A stretch of DNA of 64,000 nucleotides, taken from Colwellia sp. Its GTDB lineage: Bacteria; Pseudomonadota; Gammaproteobacteria; Enterobacterales; Alteromonadaceae. Where the stretch lies: assembly GCF_013214175.1 (NCBI RefSeq), contig NZ_JABSPA010000001.1, forward strand, positions 158,102-222,101, written 5' to 3'. Position numbers and translations under genes: made by a program. The notes below the pieces were generated by a model, which saw nothing but the letters and a program-made list of their open reading frames with translations, was not told the DNA's origin and did no database searches. Shown one piece after another: positions 9,299 to 18,833 of this stretch (positions within the stretch are counted from its first letter, which is position 1; the number at the start of each line of letters is the position of its first letter).

Positions 9299-10807
9299 CT
9301 AAGTAAGCCGACTAAAGCTTTTGACGTAGTCTAGATGCATAGGAAGTTGTTGCACGGTATTAGTCAGGTTTGCTAAGCCATTATCCATAATGCTTTGTAC
9401 TTGCTTAGTGTCTGATATATCAACTAGGCGATCATAGTTATCGGGTTTGATGCCCATGCCTGTTAATACTGCATACCAGCTAGGCGGCGTGAATAAGTCA
9501 AACTCATTACGAAATAACCTACCTTGGTTTTTAAATAAAGCGAGCTTTTCACTGAGAGAATCTGGGATCGGCATATTTTGACAATCTCGCCAGAACTGAC
9601 TGTCAGTTCGACTGGTAGTGCAATAGTGTAAAATGATAAAGTCTCTAATGCTTAAGTACTCAATATCCATTATGCGGTTAAACTCTTTTGCGGTAGCTTG
9701 TTGACAGCGTTTATCCGGTAACATTTCAGCAAATTTAACTACACCTTTCATCATTAAATGAATGGCAGTTGATTCTAAAGGCTCTAAAAATCCAGACGAT
9801 AATCCCAGTGCTAAACAGTTGCCTTTCCATAACTCTTTTCGTTTGCCCGTAGTAAAAGAAATGAATTTAGGCTCAGTTAATGGCTTACCTGAAATATTAT
9901 TCATTAATGTCTCTAAGGCTTCTTCATCGCTACAGTATTTGTCACAAAAAACCAAGCCATTGCCGGTTCTGTGTTGTAATGGAATTCGCCATTGCCAACC
10001 AAACTCATGGGCAGTCGACTCTGTGTAAGGTACTGATGGACCGTGATTCTCAGTCTGCAAAGCAATGCTTCTATTCATGGGTAAGTAGTGTTGCCAGTCT
10101 TCAAATTCAACACCCATAGCGCCTTCAATCAAAATTGCTTTTTGCCCAGTACAATCAATAAAAAAATCACCAGTAATGGTTTGACCGTCTTTTAAGGTGA
10201 GTTGTTTGATAAAGCCGTTTTCGTGTTTTTCAATACTCTCAACATGACCTCTTAAGTGTTTTACACCGAGTTTGGTTGAAAATTCAGTTAAGTAGTTAGC
10301 TACCAGTAGAGCGTCAAAGTGCCAAGCATAAGTGGCACCATTTAAAATAGATTGTTGCTGCTGACCTTGTGCCGCGGGAGGAATAATAAATTTATTTTCT
10401 TTAGCCATCGCAATGGCAGGGGAGTAGTCAGTGTAAGTGTTTTTATTACCGTTCAGCGTTGATTTGTACCAGTGCTGGTAAAAATCCTTACCATCTATGT
10501 CTGCGCCAACACTACCAAATTGGTGCCAGTAATGTTCACCTAGAGTATTCCAGTTAGTAAATTTTATTGCCAGTTTAAATGTTGCTTGGGTTTTTTTTAC
10601 AAAGTCTTGTTCATTTATGCCTAAAAATCGCATGAACTCAACCAGTGGTGGAATCGTTGCTTCACCGACACCTATGGTCGCAACCTCTGGTGAGTCAACT
10701 AAGGTGATTTGACTGTTGGTATTTTGTAATACTCTGGCTAGGCATGCTGCTGTAGTCCAGCCGGCTGTGCCACCACCGACAATGACAATATTATTTATGC
10801 TGTCCAT
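9299..10807 (-). CDS. Tryptophan-halogenase-family flavin-dependent halogenase-like protein
   Basis: GGGTAG (FAD), ATIGVGEAT, QATFKLAI (catalytic Lys position), GWQWRIP (WxWxIP), GFLEPLES. Confidence 0.9.
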   Translation of the reverse strand: MDSINNIVIVGGGTAGWTTAACLARVLQNTNSQITLVDSPEVATIGVGEATIPPLVEFMRFLGINEQDFVKKTQATFKLAIKFTNWNTLGEHYWHQFGSVGADIDGKDFYQHWYKSTLNGNKNTYTDYSPAIAMAKENKFIIPPAAQGQQQQSILNGATYAWHFDALLVANYLTEFSTKLGVKHLRGHVESIEKHENGFIKQLTLKDGQTITGDFFIDCTGQKAILIEGAMGVEFEDWQHYLPMNRSIALQTENHGPSVPYTESTAHEFGWQWRIPLQHRTGNGLVFCDKYCSDEEALETLMNNISGKPLTEPKFISFTTGKRKELWKGNCLALGLSSGFLEPLESTAIHLMMKGVVKFAEMLPDKRCQQATAKEFNRIMDIEYLSIRDFIILHYCTTSRTDSQFWRDCQNMPIPDSLSEKLALFKNQGRLFRNEFDLFTPPSWYAVLTGMGIKPDNYDRLVDISDTKQVQSIMDNGLANLTNTVQQLPMHLDYVKSFSRLT

Positions 10808-10856
10808 AGTAAACCCTCATTAATTATCTTAGTTTTAATTATGCTGCCTGAAAAAT

Positions 10857-10891
10857 AAAAAAGACACAACGAACCAGTCGTTGTGTCTTTT
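10857..10891 (-). terminator. Intrinsic terminator between the TonB receptor and the halogenase-like gene
   Basis: Minus strand AAAAGACACAACGA-ctggt-TCGTTGTGTCTTTT followed by TTATTTTT. Confidence 0.75.
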
Positions 10892-10926
10892 AATTAGGGA
10901 GTCGTATCTATTGATAACATCATCAA

Positions 10927-13900
10927 TTAGAACCTAAACGATGCTCCAACTATGTATCTTGCTTCGCCAGATGAAAAACTTCTAAATAAGTTTTCAAATT
11001 CAGCGTAGCGAGCCTGGCTTTCACCAGTGATATTGACTGCTTCAGCCGTTAAGGTGAAGTTACCGCTAATATCATAACTAACAGAGGCGTCCCATTGTCC
11101 GTAATCAGCATAGTAGTTTGCTAATGGACGGTCAGTGCCACCAAATTGATCTGTTAAACCAGCGATAGAAATGAAGGTATTATCAGGTGATAAATACTCA
11201 TCACGCCATGAATAGGCTATACGTGCGTTAAAGCCATGGTTTTCATAGAAACCAATAACGTTATAAGCATGTTTAGAAATACCTGGCAGTGCTAAGTCTT
11301 CTTTAGTTAATGAGTCTTGATCTGTTGATGAGTCTGAATAAGTGTAGTTAATAATAAAACCTAAACCATTATCAAAGCCTTTTTGTAAGGCAAATTCAAA
11401 ACCTTGCACAGAGCCACCGTCACCATTAAAAGGACGAGTTACCCCAGCGCCAGTTTGGCCAGCATCACTACCATCGGCAACATATTCAATATTGGTTTGG
11501 CTAACAATAAATGAGTCAACATCTTTATAAAAAACACCAGTAGAAAGATAACTTAGGTCATCCATATACCATTCATAAGAGATATCAAACTGATTTGCTC
11601 TAAAAGGTTCAAGATTTGGGTTACCGGCAGAGCCTGATGAGAATACATATTGGTTTTTGTCATTACGAACAAATTCTGTACCAAAACCGCGGCCAAGATC
11701 TTGATTGCTAGGACGTGACATTACGCGGGCAATTGAGGCACGAATAATTTGTTGCTCATCTAAGTCATAACTAAAGTTAGCGCTTGGTAAAAAGTCCCAG
11801 TAATCATCAGTTTGTGAGGTTTTAGTCCAAGTTTTAAAAGTACCGTTCCAAGTATGAGTTCCCCAGTAATCATCGGTTTGTGCTGATGCTTGCGCACCTT
11901 CAACCGTTGTTTCGGTGTGTACAACACGTGCACCAATATTTAATTTATAAGGTACATCATCACCTTCAAGGTCAGCTTCTACATAAAAAGCGGTAGTTTT
12001 TACTTCAACATTCCATGATTCTAATGGCATTGAATGTAAACTAACTGGCGCACCACCGGCAACAGATGATAACCAAGCTTGTGGGTTACCCATTTTGCTC
12101 GCATCTTGAAATAATGCACTATTAACTGAACCGCCACTTGGGAACCAACCATCTACGGTAGTAGCGCGGTCTGGATTGCTAGTAAAAGTATCAATTGGCA
12201 TAGTAGAAGGTGAGCCACCCCACATTGAGCCGCCAACACCATGTAAGGCTTCAAACAAGTTTTGGCCTGATGAAGTCGTTGCATCAAACGCTGTATTACC
12301 AATAGCTGCATCAAGGTAGTAGTACATTGGACCCCAAGCTTGGTTATCACTAATACCATCACCATCGACATCACCTAAGTTGTGTCCATCAGGAGCGGGA
12401 ATACCTGCGTTATAACCATAATTAAAGCCCGGATCAAACGGCGATTGTGCGCCATTTTTGCTTAAGTTAGTTAAATAACGACCTTGAGCAAAATCAACTT
12501 CATTATTCGCATAGCGTGCACCAAATTTAATAGTTCTTAGCGCGCCAGCATCAATGTCATATTGAGCATTTAATGCTGCTGAAAATGAATCGTTTTCAGT
12601 TTTATCAGCAAAACCCCAATGAGACTTATAAAACTGATATTGAGATTCTTGCAGTGGGGCATTATTTAAAAAGGCAATATTCGGTAAACCATTACCACCA
12701 GTAAAGGTATATGAACGGTCACCGTTATCGCCAGCTACTGCATTGGGGGTAATACCACCAGAGCCATTACCACTTTCTGCATCAGCACCAATAAAACCGG
12801 CAACACCATAAGGAGAGTAGCGAGAATCGGCAAAAGCGGCTTGTTTATCTAACTTAGATTTACCAACGGTGAGGTTACCGTCAATGTTCCAATCACCAAC
12901 AAAGTAATCAAAGCTAAGTTTGAGGTTATCAGCAGTAATATCGGTAATTTCACGTGAAGCGTTATTTTCACCTGCACCTTGGTTAAACGTAGCGTTTTGA
13001 ATTACACCATTTTTATCAATGCTATAAGGTTTAGTTTCATCTAGAGCACCATCGATGGCCATAGCATATTTCTGGGCATACTCTCGGCTATCAATTTCTA
13101 GCTGATTATGAAAATAATCTAAGCCTAATTCAAAATCATCTGTTATACGCCAGCCTAATGCTAAAGTAGCACCGATACGGTCGCGGGTATATTCTCTGTC
13201 TGATTCATATTGCATGCCTGGTAAAATATAGTTTTCACCCGCTGCAGTTTGATTGTACACCCAACCTTGACGATTGATATTTTGGGCTTGATCTGAATGT
13301 ACAACCTTAGAGCTAGTTGATATTGTTGCAATTGCGGCAAAATTATCCCAGCTGTTACCTAGGGCAAGTGTGCCTGAAGGTTTCCATTGATCAGAATCTT
13401 TACCTATATCAGCTTTAATATTACCGGCAACAAAGGCTTCAGTAACACTAAAAGGAGAGCGAGTACGTAAATTTACTACGCCACCGACACCGCCTTCAAT
13501 TAATGATGCGGTTGGTGTTTTATAAACATCAACGCCACCAAGGACTTCTGAAGGAACACCCTCTAATGAGTCTTGAAATTCAGAGCGGCCTTCACCAAGT
13601 TGAAAGTATTCCATACCCGTTAAAAAACTTTCATTGTTTAGTAAGGTTAGGTTATTTGACATACCGCGAATTCTCACGGTAGTTCCTTCACCAGCATTAC
13701 GGTCAATTTGGATACCAGTTAAACGCTGAAGTGATTCGGCAATATTTTGATCGGGCATTTTACCGATATCATCAGCTGAAATTGATTCAGTAACACCGAT
13801 AGCATTACGTTTCAAATCAAGAGACTTTACTAATGAACCCCTTATACCGCGAACCTCGATAACTTCGAGATTTTCTCTTGTAGGTTGTGCTACTTCTTCT

Positions 13901-13986
13901 GCTGATATTGCCGGCAGCGCAGTTGCCCCAAGTATCAATGACAAGCTTGTTGCAATTCTTGTTTTGGTGAATGTTTTCTGAATCAT
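10927..13986 (-). CDS. TonB-dependent receptor (carbohydrate uptake type)
   Basis: Signal peptide, TonB box LEVIEVRG, plug motif DDIGKMPDQNIAESLQRLTG, GSAGNPNLEP, C-terminal YIVGASFRF. Confidence 0.95.
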   Translation of the reverse strand: MIQKTFTKTRIATSLSLILGATALPAISAEEVAQPTRENLEVIEVRGIRGSLVKSLDLKRNAIGVTESISADDIGKMPDQNIAESLQRLTGIQIDRNAGEGTTVRIRGMSNNLTLLNNESFLTGMEYFQLGEGRSEFQDSLEGVPSEVLGGVDVYKTPTASLIEGGVGGVVNLRTRSPFSVTEAFVAGNIKADIGKDSDQWKPSGTLALGNSWDNFAAIATISTSSKVVHSDQAQNINRQGWVYNQTAAGENYILPGMQYESDREYTRDRIGATLALGWRITDDFELGLDYFHNQLEIDSREYAQKYAMAIDGALDETKPYSIDKNGVIQNATFNQGAGENNASREITDITADNLKLSFDYFVGDWNIDGNLTVGKSKLDKQAAFADSRYSPYGVAGFIGADAESGNGSGGITPNAVAGDNGDRSYTFTGGNGLPNIAFLNNAPLQESQYQFYKSHWGFADKTENDSFSAALNAQYDIDAGALRTIKFGARYANNEVDFAQGRYLTNLSKNGAQSPFDPGFNYGYNAGIPAPDGHNLGDVDGDGISDNQAWGPMYYYLDAAIGNTAFDATTSSGQNLFEALHGVGGSMWGGSPSTMPIDTFTSNPDRATTVDGWFPSGGSVNSALFQDASKMGNPQAWLSSVAGGAPVSLHSMPLESWNVEVKTTAFYVEADLEGDDVPYKLNIGARVVHTETTVEGAQASAQTDDYWGTHTWNGTFKTWTKTSQTDDYWDFLPSANFSYDLDEQQIIRASIARVMSRPSNQDLGRGFGTEFVRNDKNQYVFSSGSAGNPNLEPFRANQFDISYEWYMDDLSYLSTGVFYKDVDSFIVSQTNIEYVADGSDAGQTGAGVTRPFNGDGGSVQGFEFALQKGFDNGLGFIINYTYSDSSTDQDSLTKEDLALPGISKHAYNVIGFYENHGFNARIAYSWRDEYLSPDNTFISIAGLTDQFGGTDRPLANYYADYGQWDASVSYDISGNFTLTAEAVNITGESQARYAEFENLFRSFSSGEARYIVGASFRF

Positions 13987-14032
13987 GTTACATCCTCAGT
14001 CTTAGTGGACCATTTTATAATTATCATATTAG

Positions 14033-14046
14033 TGTAAGCGCTTACA
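14033..14046. promoter_or_regulatory. LacI-type operator 3
   Basis: Perfect TGTAAGCGCTTACA upstream of the TonB receptor. Confidence 0.85.
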
Positions 14047-14108
14047 AGATGGTACAAAAAAATATATCACATCACATTGTTTTGACAAGTTGCAAACTAA
14101 AGTAACGA

Positions 14109-14122
14109 TGTAAGCGCTTACA
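14109..14122. promoter_or_regulatory. LacI-type operator 4
   Basis: Perfect TGTAAGCGCTTACA in the divergent intergenic region. Confidence 0.85.
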
Positions 14123-14318
14123 TAAAGGTAAATTAATAATAAAAGTAGGTCAATAAGTATTTCAATTTATATTAAAGTTTATACACTAAAAGTACAGTTT
14201 ATCTACAGTTCTTGATTTTAATTCTTAAGTTAAACTTGTTTTTTAACAGTTGTTTGGGTTGTTTTCGCTGTTTTTTAAATAAATTACAGGTTGAAAAGAA
14301 TACAAATGACAGTATATT

Positions 14319-14332
14319 TGTAAGCGCTTACA
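14319..14332. promoter_or_regulatory. LacI-type operator 5
   Basis: Perfect TGTAAGCGCTTACA upstream of the permease-GH94 operon. Confidence 0.85.
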
Positions 14333-14424
14333 TTGTGTGGTGTGAGATGACAGGAAATTGTAACTAGGGTCTTTGTGACTTTGATGCACAAATGTAACTT
14401 TTGGTAATAACAGCGAGCCTAATA

Positions 14425-15864
14425 ATGATAAAAAATATAAAACAACATCAACTTAATTTAGGTGAAAAGGTGGGTTACGCCTGTGGTGATGTCGCCTCAA
14501 ATTTTTATTGGCGTGTCTTTGATGTATTCCTCTTCATCTTTTATACCGATGTTTTTGGCTTATCAGCAGCTGCCGTCGGCACCATGATGTTAGTGACTCG
14601 GCTTATTGATGCCTTCTCTGATCCGCTAATGGGCGCAATCGCTGATAGAACTAATACCCGTTTTGGTAAATTTAGGCCCTATTTACTCTGGGGTATTATC
14701 CCTATGATTGCTGCAGGGGTACTTACTTTTACCGTACCTGATGTCAGTGATGGCAATAAATTAATTTGGGCTTATGGCACTTATATCTTTATGATGTTGG
14801 CATACACCTTTATAAACGTGCCTTATGGCGCCTTACTCGGTGTGGTTACCGGTGACAGTCAGCAAAGAACGACCTTAACCAGCTTTCGTTTTATTGGTGC
14901 TTTTTCTGGTGGCAGTCTTGTTGCTTATATGACGCCTGAGTTGGTAAATTACTTAGGGCAGGGTGATGAAGCACTGGGTTGGCAGCTTACTATGCTTACT
15001 TATGGTTTAGTGTCAGCCGTACTCTTTGTAATAACTTTCTTGTCTACCACTGAGCGTATCTCTCCGCCCGCACAGCAAAAAACACCGGTATTACAAGATT
15101 TAAAAGATTTGACCCGGAATTCCCCTTGGAAGATTCTTTTTGTCCTAGCACTTATTATCATGATGACTATCTCATTAAGAGGCAGCAGCGGAACTTTCTA
15201 TTTTAAATATTATGTTGAACGTCCAGATTTAATTGGCAGCTTTGCTATGGCTTACATGATTGCTTTAGCCATTGGCGCAGCGTCTACGCCACTATTAACC
15301 AAATTTATTGATAAACGTCGTTTGCTAATGATACTGATGACACTTGTCGCGGTACTGTCAGTTATTTTCTATTTTGTGCCAAAGGATAACATCACCTTGA
15401 TGTTTATTTTACAAATCATGATTGGTTTAGCATTGGGGCCAAAATCACCGTTAGTTTTTTCCATGTATGCCGATACAGCGGATTTCTCGCAATGGCGTAC
15501 TGGGCGTCGGGCCACGGCGATGATATTTTCCGCTGCTGCATTTGCACAAAAATTGGGTGGTGCCCTTGCGGGCGCTATGATTGGCTGGACGCTGGCTTCA
15601 TTAGGCTATATTGCCAATCAGGTGCAAACCGGCGCATCGGAGCAAGGTATAGTGCTATTGATGACCTTGCTACCGGCTATTTTTGCCGCCATTGCCGTGC
15701 CGGTAATTTATTTTTATCCGTTAGATGATCAGCAGTTGCAGAAGTTGCAAGGTGAGTTACAAACACGGGAAGCGTTAGCGGAGCATGAATTAGTACAGAA
15801 AAAATTAACGAAACAAGAAACCCCTAAAGCGGCTGATGAGCAAACAGGAGCCGTTAATGCCTAA
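14425..15864 (+). CDS. GPH-family (MFS) sugar:cation symporter; candidate cellobionate/cellodextrin importer
   Basis: GEKVGYACGDVASNF, DRTNTRFGKFRPY, QWRTGRRATA. ATG 14425 preferred to TTG 14401; the 3' end overlaps the GH94 start. Confidence 0.9.
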   Translation: MIKNIKQHQLNLGEKVGYACGDVASNFYWRVFDVFLFIFYTDVFGLSAAAVGTMMLVTRLIDAFSDPLMGAIADRTNTRFGKFRPYLLWGIIPMIAAGVLTFTVPDVSDGNKLIWAYGTYIFMMLAYTFINVPYGALLGVVTGDSQQRTTLTSFRFIGAFSGGSLVAYMTPELVNYLGQGDEALGWQLTMLTYGLVSAVLFVITFLSTTERISPPAQQKTPVLQDLKDLTRNSPWKILFVLALIIMMTISLRGSSGTFYFKYYVERPDLIGSFAMAYMIALAIGAASTPLLTKFIDKRRLLMILMTLVAVLSVIFYFVPKDNITLMFILQIMIGLALGPKSPLVFSMYADTADFSQWRTGRRATAMIFSAAAFAQKLGGALAGAMIGWTLASLGYIANQVQTGASEQGIVLLMTLLPAIFAAIAVPVIYFYPLDDQQLQKLQGELQTREALAEHELVQKKLTKQETPKAADEQTGAVNA

Positions 15865-18277
15865 GTTACCTATACCTATTTTTCCGTTGATTTCTATCGA
15901 TAATACAACGGGTGATGCTAGTAAAATCAAACTATCAAGCCCAACTGAATTACCTAATGCGACCGGGTTTTTATGGAATCGAGCCATGGTGATGCAAGTG
16001 AATTGTCGTGGTTATGTTAATGCACAGTTTATGCAACCCGAGCCAGCTAAATACTCTTACGCGCCAAACATGGAAGCTAAAAGTTTTATTCAACCAGAAC
16101 ATAGTTATTTTAGCCATCATCCCGGACGATTTTTTTATCTTAAAGATGAAGACAGTGGTGAAACTATTTCACTGCCTTACGAGCCAATGCGCGTTGAACT
16201 CGATAAGTTCTCTTTTGAACTCAGCCATAGTGATATTACTTGGTCCATTGAACACTTTGGTTTGCAGATAACCATTAAAGTTAATTTAACTAAAGACGAT
16301 TTAGTGGAGTGTTGGTTTTTTTCCGTGCTTAATTTAACTGAAACGGTGAGAAATATTAGCGTCTACCCATATTTTACCATTGGTTATATGTCGTGGATGA
16401 ATCAGTCAGCAACCTATAACGAGACCTTAAATGCTATTGTCGCTGATTCGGTAACACCCTATCAAAAAGTAGAAGACTACTTTAAAAATCAACAGCTAAG
16501 AGACAAAACTTTTTTCCTTAGTGATACTCGCCCAACGGCATGGCATGCTAATCAAAAGGTTTTTGAAGGTGAAGGTGGTTTGCATCAACCCGATGCTTTA
16601 AAGGCTGAGTTATTAGCAAATGTTGAAGCGCGTTATGAGACACCTGTTGCAGTAATGCAGTTTAAACAGCAGTTATTAGCTAGTGAGCGCAAAACTTTCC
16701 AATTTCTCTTTGGTCCAGCAAAAGATGAAGCTGAAATCGCGATAATTAAAGAAAAATATTTGGGCCATAGGCAACGAAGTCAAACGGAAAGATCTTATCG
16801 AGACTACATAACACAAGGCAAAGCGTGTTTAACCATTAATAGTGATAATAGTACCGGAAATAAAGGCTTTGATGATTTTGTTAATCATTGGTTACCAAGA
16901 CAGATGTTTTACCACGGCGATGTTAACCGTTTGAGTACCGACCCACAAACGCGTAATTATATTCAAGACAATATGGGCATGGCCTTTATTAATACTGAGG
17001 TTACGCGGCAAGCTTATATCTTAGCGTTATCTCAGCAAAGTATTAATGGCGCTATGCCTGAGGGGGTATTGCTACATGTCGATGCGGAACTTAAATATAT
17101 TAATCAAGTACCCCATGCCGATCATGGTGTGTGGTTGCCTATTTGTCTGTCGGTTTATTTAAATGAAACTGCTGATGTCGATTTACTCAGTGAAATGATA
17201 AGTTTTGCCGATTCAGAGCAAGAGCTATCGTTTGCCAACCATATAGAATTAGCCTTAGATTACCTCATTAATGCTACCGATGATCGAGGTTTAAGTTTTA
17301 TTGAACAAGGTGATTGGTGCGATCCGATGAATATGGTCGGTTATCAAGGTAAAGGCGTTTCTAGCTGGTTATCTTTAGCAACCGCATACGCAATAACGAC
17401 TTGGTGTGATCTTTGTGCTGAATACGATATTAATATTAGCCGACAAAAGTATGATGAATATCGATTTGCTGCCAAAGCCATTAATAGTGCGGTAAATAAA
17501 CACTTATGGCATGGTCAATGGTTTGCCCGCGGCATTACCGACAATGGACGTGTCTTTGGTACCAATGAGGACAAAGAGGGCAAGATATTCCTTAACCCGC
17601 AAAGTTGGGCCATGCTCAGTGGTGCAGCAAACGCACATCAGCAAGCCGAGATGATAGCGGCCATAACTAAGCAGTTGACTACGCCACAAGGAGTGATGAT
17701 GCTAGCGCCAAGTTATACCGCTATGGTGGAAGATATTGGCCGTATCACGCAAAAACATCCTGGGGTGTCTGAAAATGGCTCTGTTTATAATCACGCGGCA
17801 ATATTCTATATTTATGCCCTTTATCAGGCAGGGCAAAACAATCTTGCTTTTGACTTGCTCAGTAAAATGCTGCCATCCATTGAAAATGCCCAAAGAACCG
17901 GGCAATTACCTATCTATGTGCCAAATTATTATCGCGGTGCTTACCATCAGTTTCCCAAACAAGCAGGCCGCTCTAGCCACTTATTCAATACGGGCACAAT
18001 TTCTTGGTTATACCGCTGTTTAGTAGAAGAGCTGTGTGGCTTAAAAGGCTGCGCTAACGGTTTACAAGTAGCGCCCAAAATGCCGACAAGGTTAAAACAT
18101 TTATCCGGTCATCGATTATTTAGGGGAGCAACGATTGATTTTAAAATTGAGCAAAGCAGTGCTATAGAGAACATGGAAATATTACTCGATAAAAAAGTCA
18201 TCTTTGGCAATGTATTAACTGCCTTACAGTCAGGGAAAATCTATCAGCTGCAGGTGAAGGTACCGCTACATGAGTAA
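15857..18277 (+). CDS. GH94 phosphorylase, cellobionic acid phosphorylase-like
   Basis: FLWN..M.MQVNCRGY..AQFMQPEPAKY.YAPN.EAK.F.QPE..Y..HHPGRFFY segment closely follows the recalled Saccharophagus degradans cellobionic acid phosphorylase. Also GDWCDPMN (catalytic Asp), ENGSVYNHA and LFNTGT. RBS CAGGAG precedes ATG 15857; gluconokinase is next. Confidence 0.82.
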   Translation: MPKLPIPIFPLISIDNTTGDASKIKLSSPTELPNATGFLWNRAMVMQVNCRGYVNAQFMQPEPAKYSYAPNMEAKSFIQPEHSYFSHHPGRFFYLKDEDSGETISLPYEPMRVELDKFSFELSHSDITWSIEHFGLQITIKVNLTKDDLVECWFFSVLNLTETVRNISVYPYFTIGYMSWMNQSATYNETLNAIVADSVTPYQKVEDYFKNQQLRDKTFFLSDTRPTAWHANQKVFEGEGGLHQPDALKAELLANVEARYETPVAVMQFKQQLLASERKTFQFLFGPAKDEAEIAIIKEKYLGHRQRSQTERSYRDYITQGKACLTINSDNSTGNKGFDDFVNHWLPRQMFYHGDVNRLSTDPQTRNYIQDNMGMAFINTEVTRQAYILALSQQSINGAMPEGVLLHVDAELKYINQVPHADHGVWLPICLSVYLNETADVDLLSEMISFADSEQELSFANHIELALDYLINATDDRGLSFIEQGDWCDPMNMVGYQGKGVSSWLSLATAYAITTWCDLCAEYDINISRQKYDEYRFAAKAINSAVNKHLWHGQWFARGITDNGRVFGTNEDKEGKIFLNPQSWAMLSGAANAHQQAEMIAAITKQLTTPQGVMMLAPSYTAMVEDIGRITQKHPGVSENGSVYNHAAIFYIYALYQAGQNNLAFDLLSKMLPSIENAQRTGQLPIYVPNYYRGAYHQFPKQAGRSSHLFNTGTISWLYRCLVEELCGLKGCANGLQVAPKMPTRLKHLSGHRLFRGATIDFKIEQSSAIENMEILLDKKVIFGNVLTALQSGKIYQLQVKVPLHE

Positions 18278-18833
18278 CTTAGAAAACCAAGCTTTAACAC
18301 AACAAGTGCCGCATTTATTTATTGTTATGGGTGTTAGCGGTACGGGTAAATCAAGCCTAGCCCAACAAATGGCCGATGAACTTTCGTTAGTTTTTGTTGA
18401 TGCAGATGACTTTCATAGTGAGCAAGCTAAACGACATATGGCAGCCAATAAGCCATTAACAGATGAGATGAGAGCGCCTTGGCTTGCCGCGATAATAGCG
18501 GAGTTAAATGCACTACATCAGCAAGGTAAGTCCGTTGCTCTGGCGTACTCAGGTTTAAAGTCGGCGCACAGAGAACTGTTTAGAGTATTGGGTTTTCATT
18601 GTCACTTCTTCTATTTGGTTGCCAGCAAAGCGGTTATTTCTGAGCGAATTTCTAACCGTGAAAGTCACTTTTTTTCAGCTGAATTACTCGATAGCCAATT
18701 TGAAGCTATGCAGACACCTTTACTGAGCGAGCAAGATATTAGCACTATTAATATAGACCGAAATTTTTTGTCTGTTGCAAATGAAATATCTAGCCTTGCT
18801 CAATTAATTACCAGGAAAGCGAACAATGTCTAA
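18270..18833 (+). CDS. gntK: Gluconokinase (GntK/IdnK type)
   Basis: VMGVSGTGKS P-loop, DADDFHS, PLTDEMRAPWL, LLDSQF; overlaps the GH94 stop. Confidence 0.9.
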   Translation: MSNLENQALTQQVPHLFIVMGVSGTGKSSLAQQMADELSLVFVDADDFHSEQAKRHMAANKPLTDEMRAPWLAAIIAELNALHQQGKSVALAYSGLKSAHRELFRVLGFHCHFFYLVASKAVISERISNRESHFFSAELLDSQFEAMQTPLLSEQDISTINIDRNFLSVANEISSLAQLITRKANNV

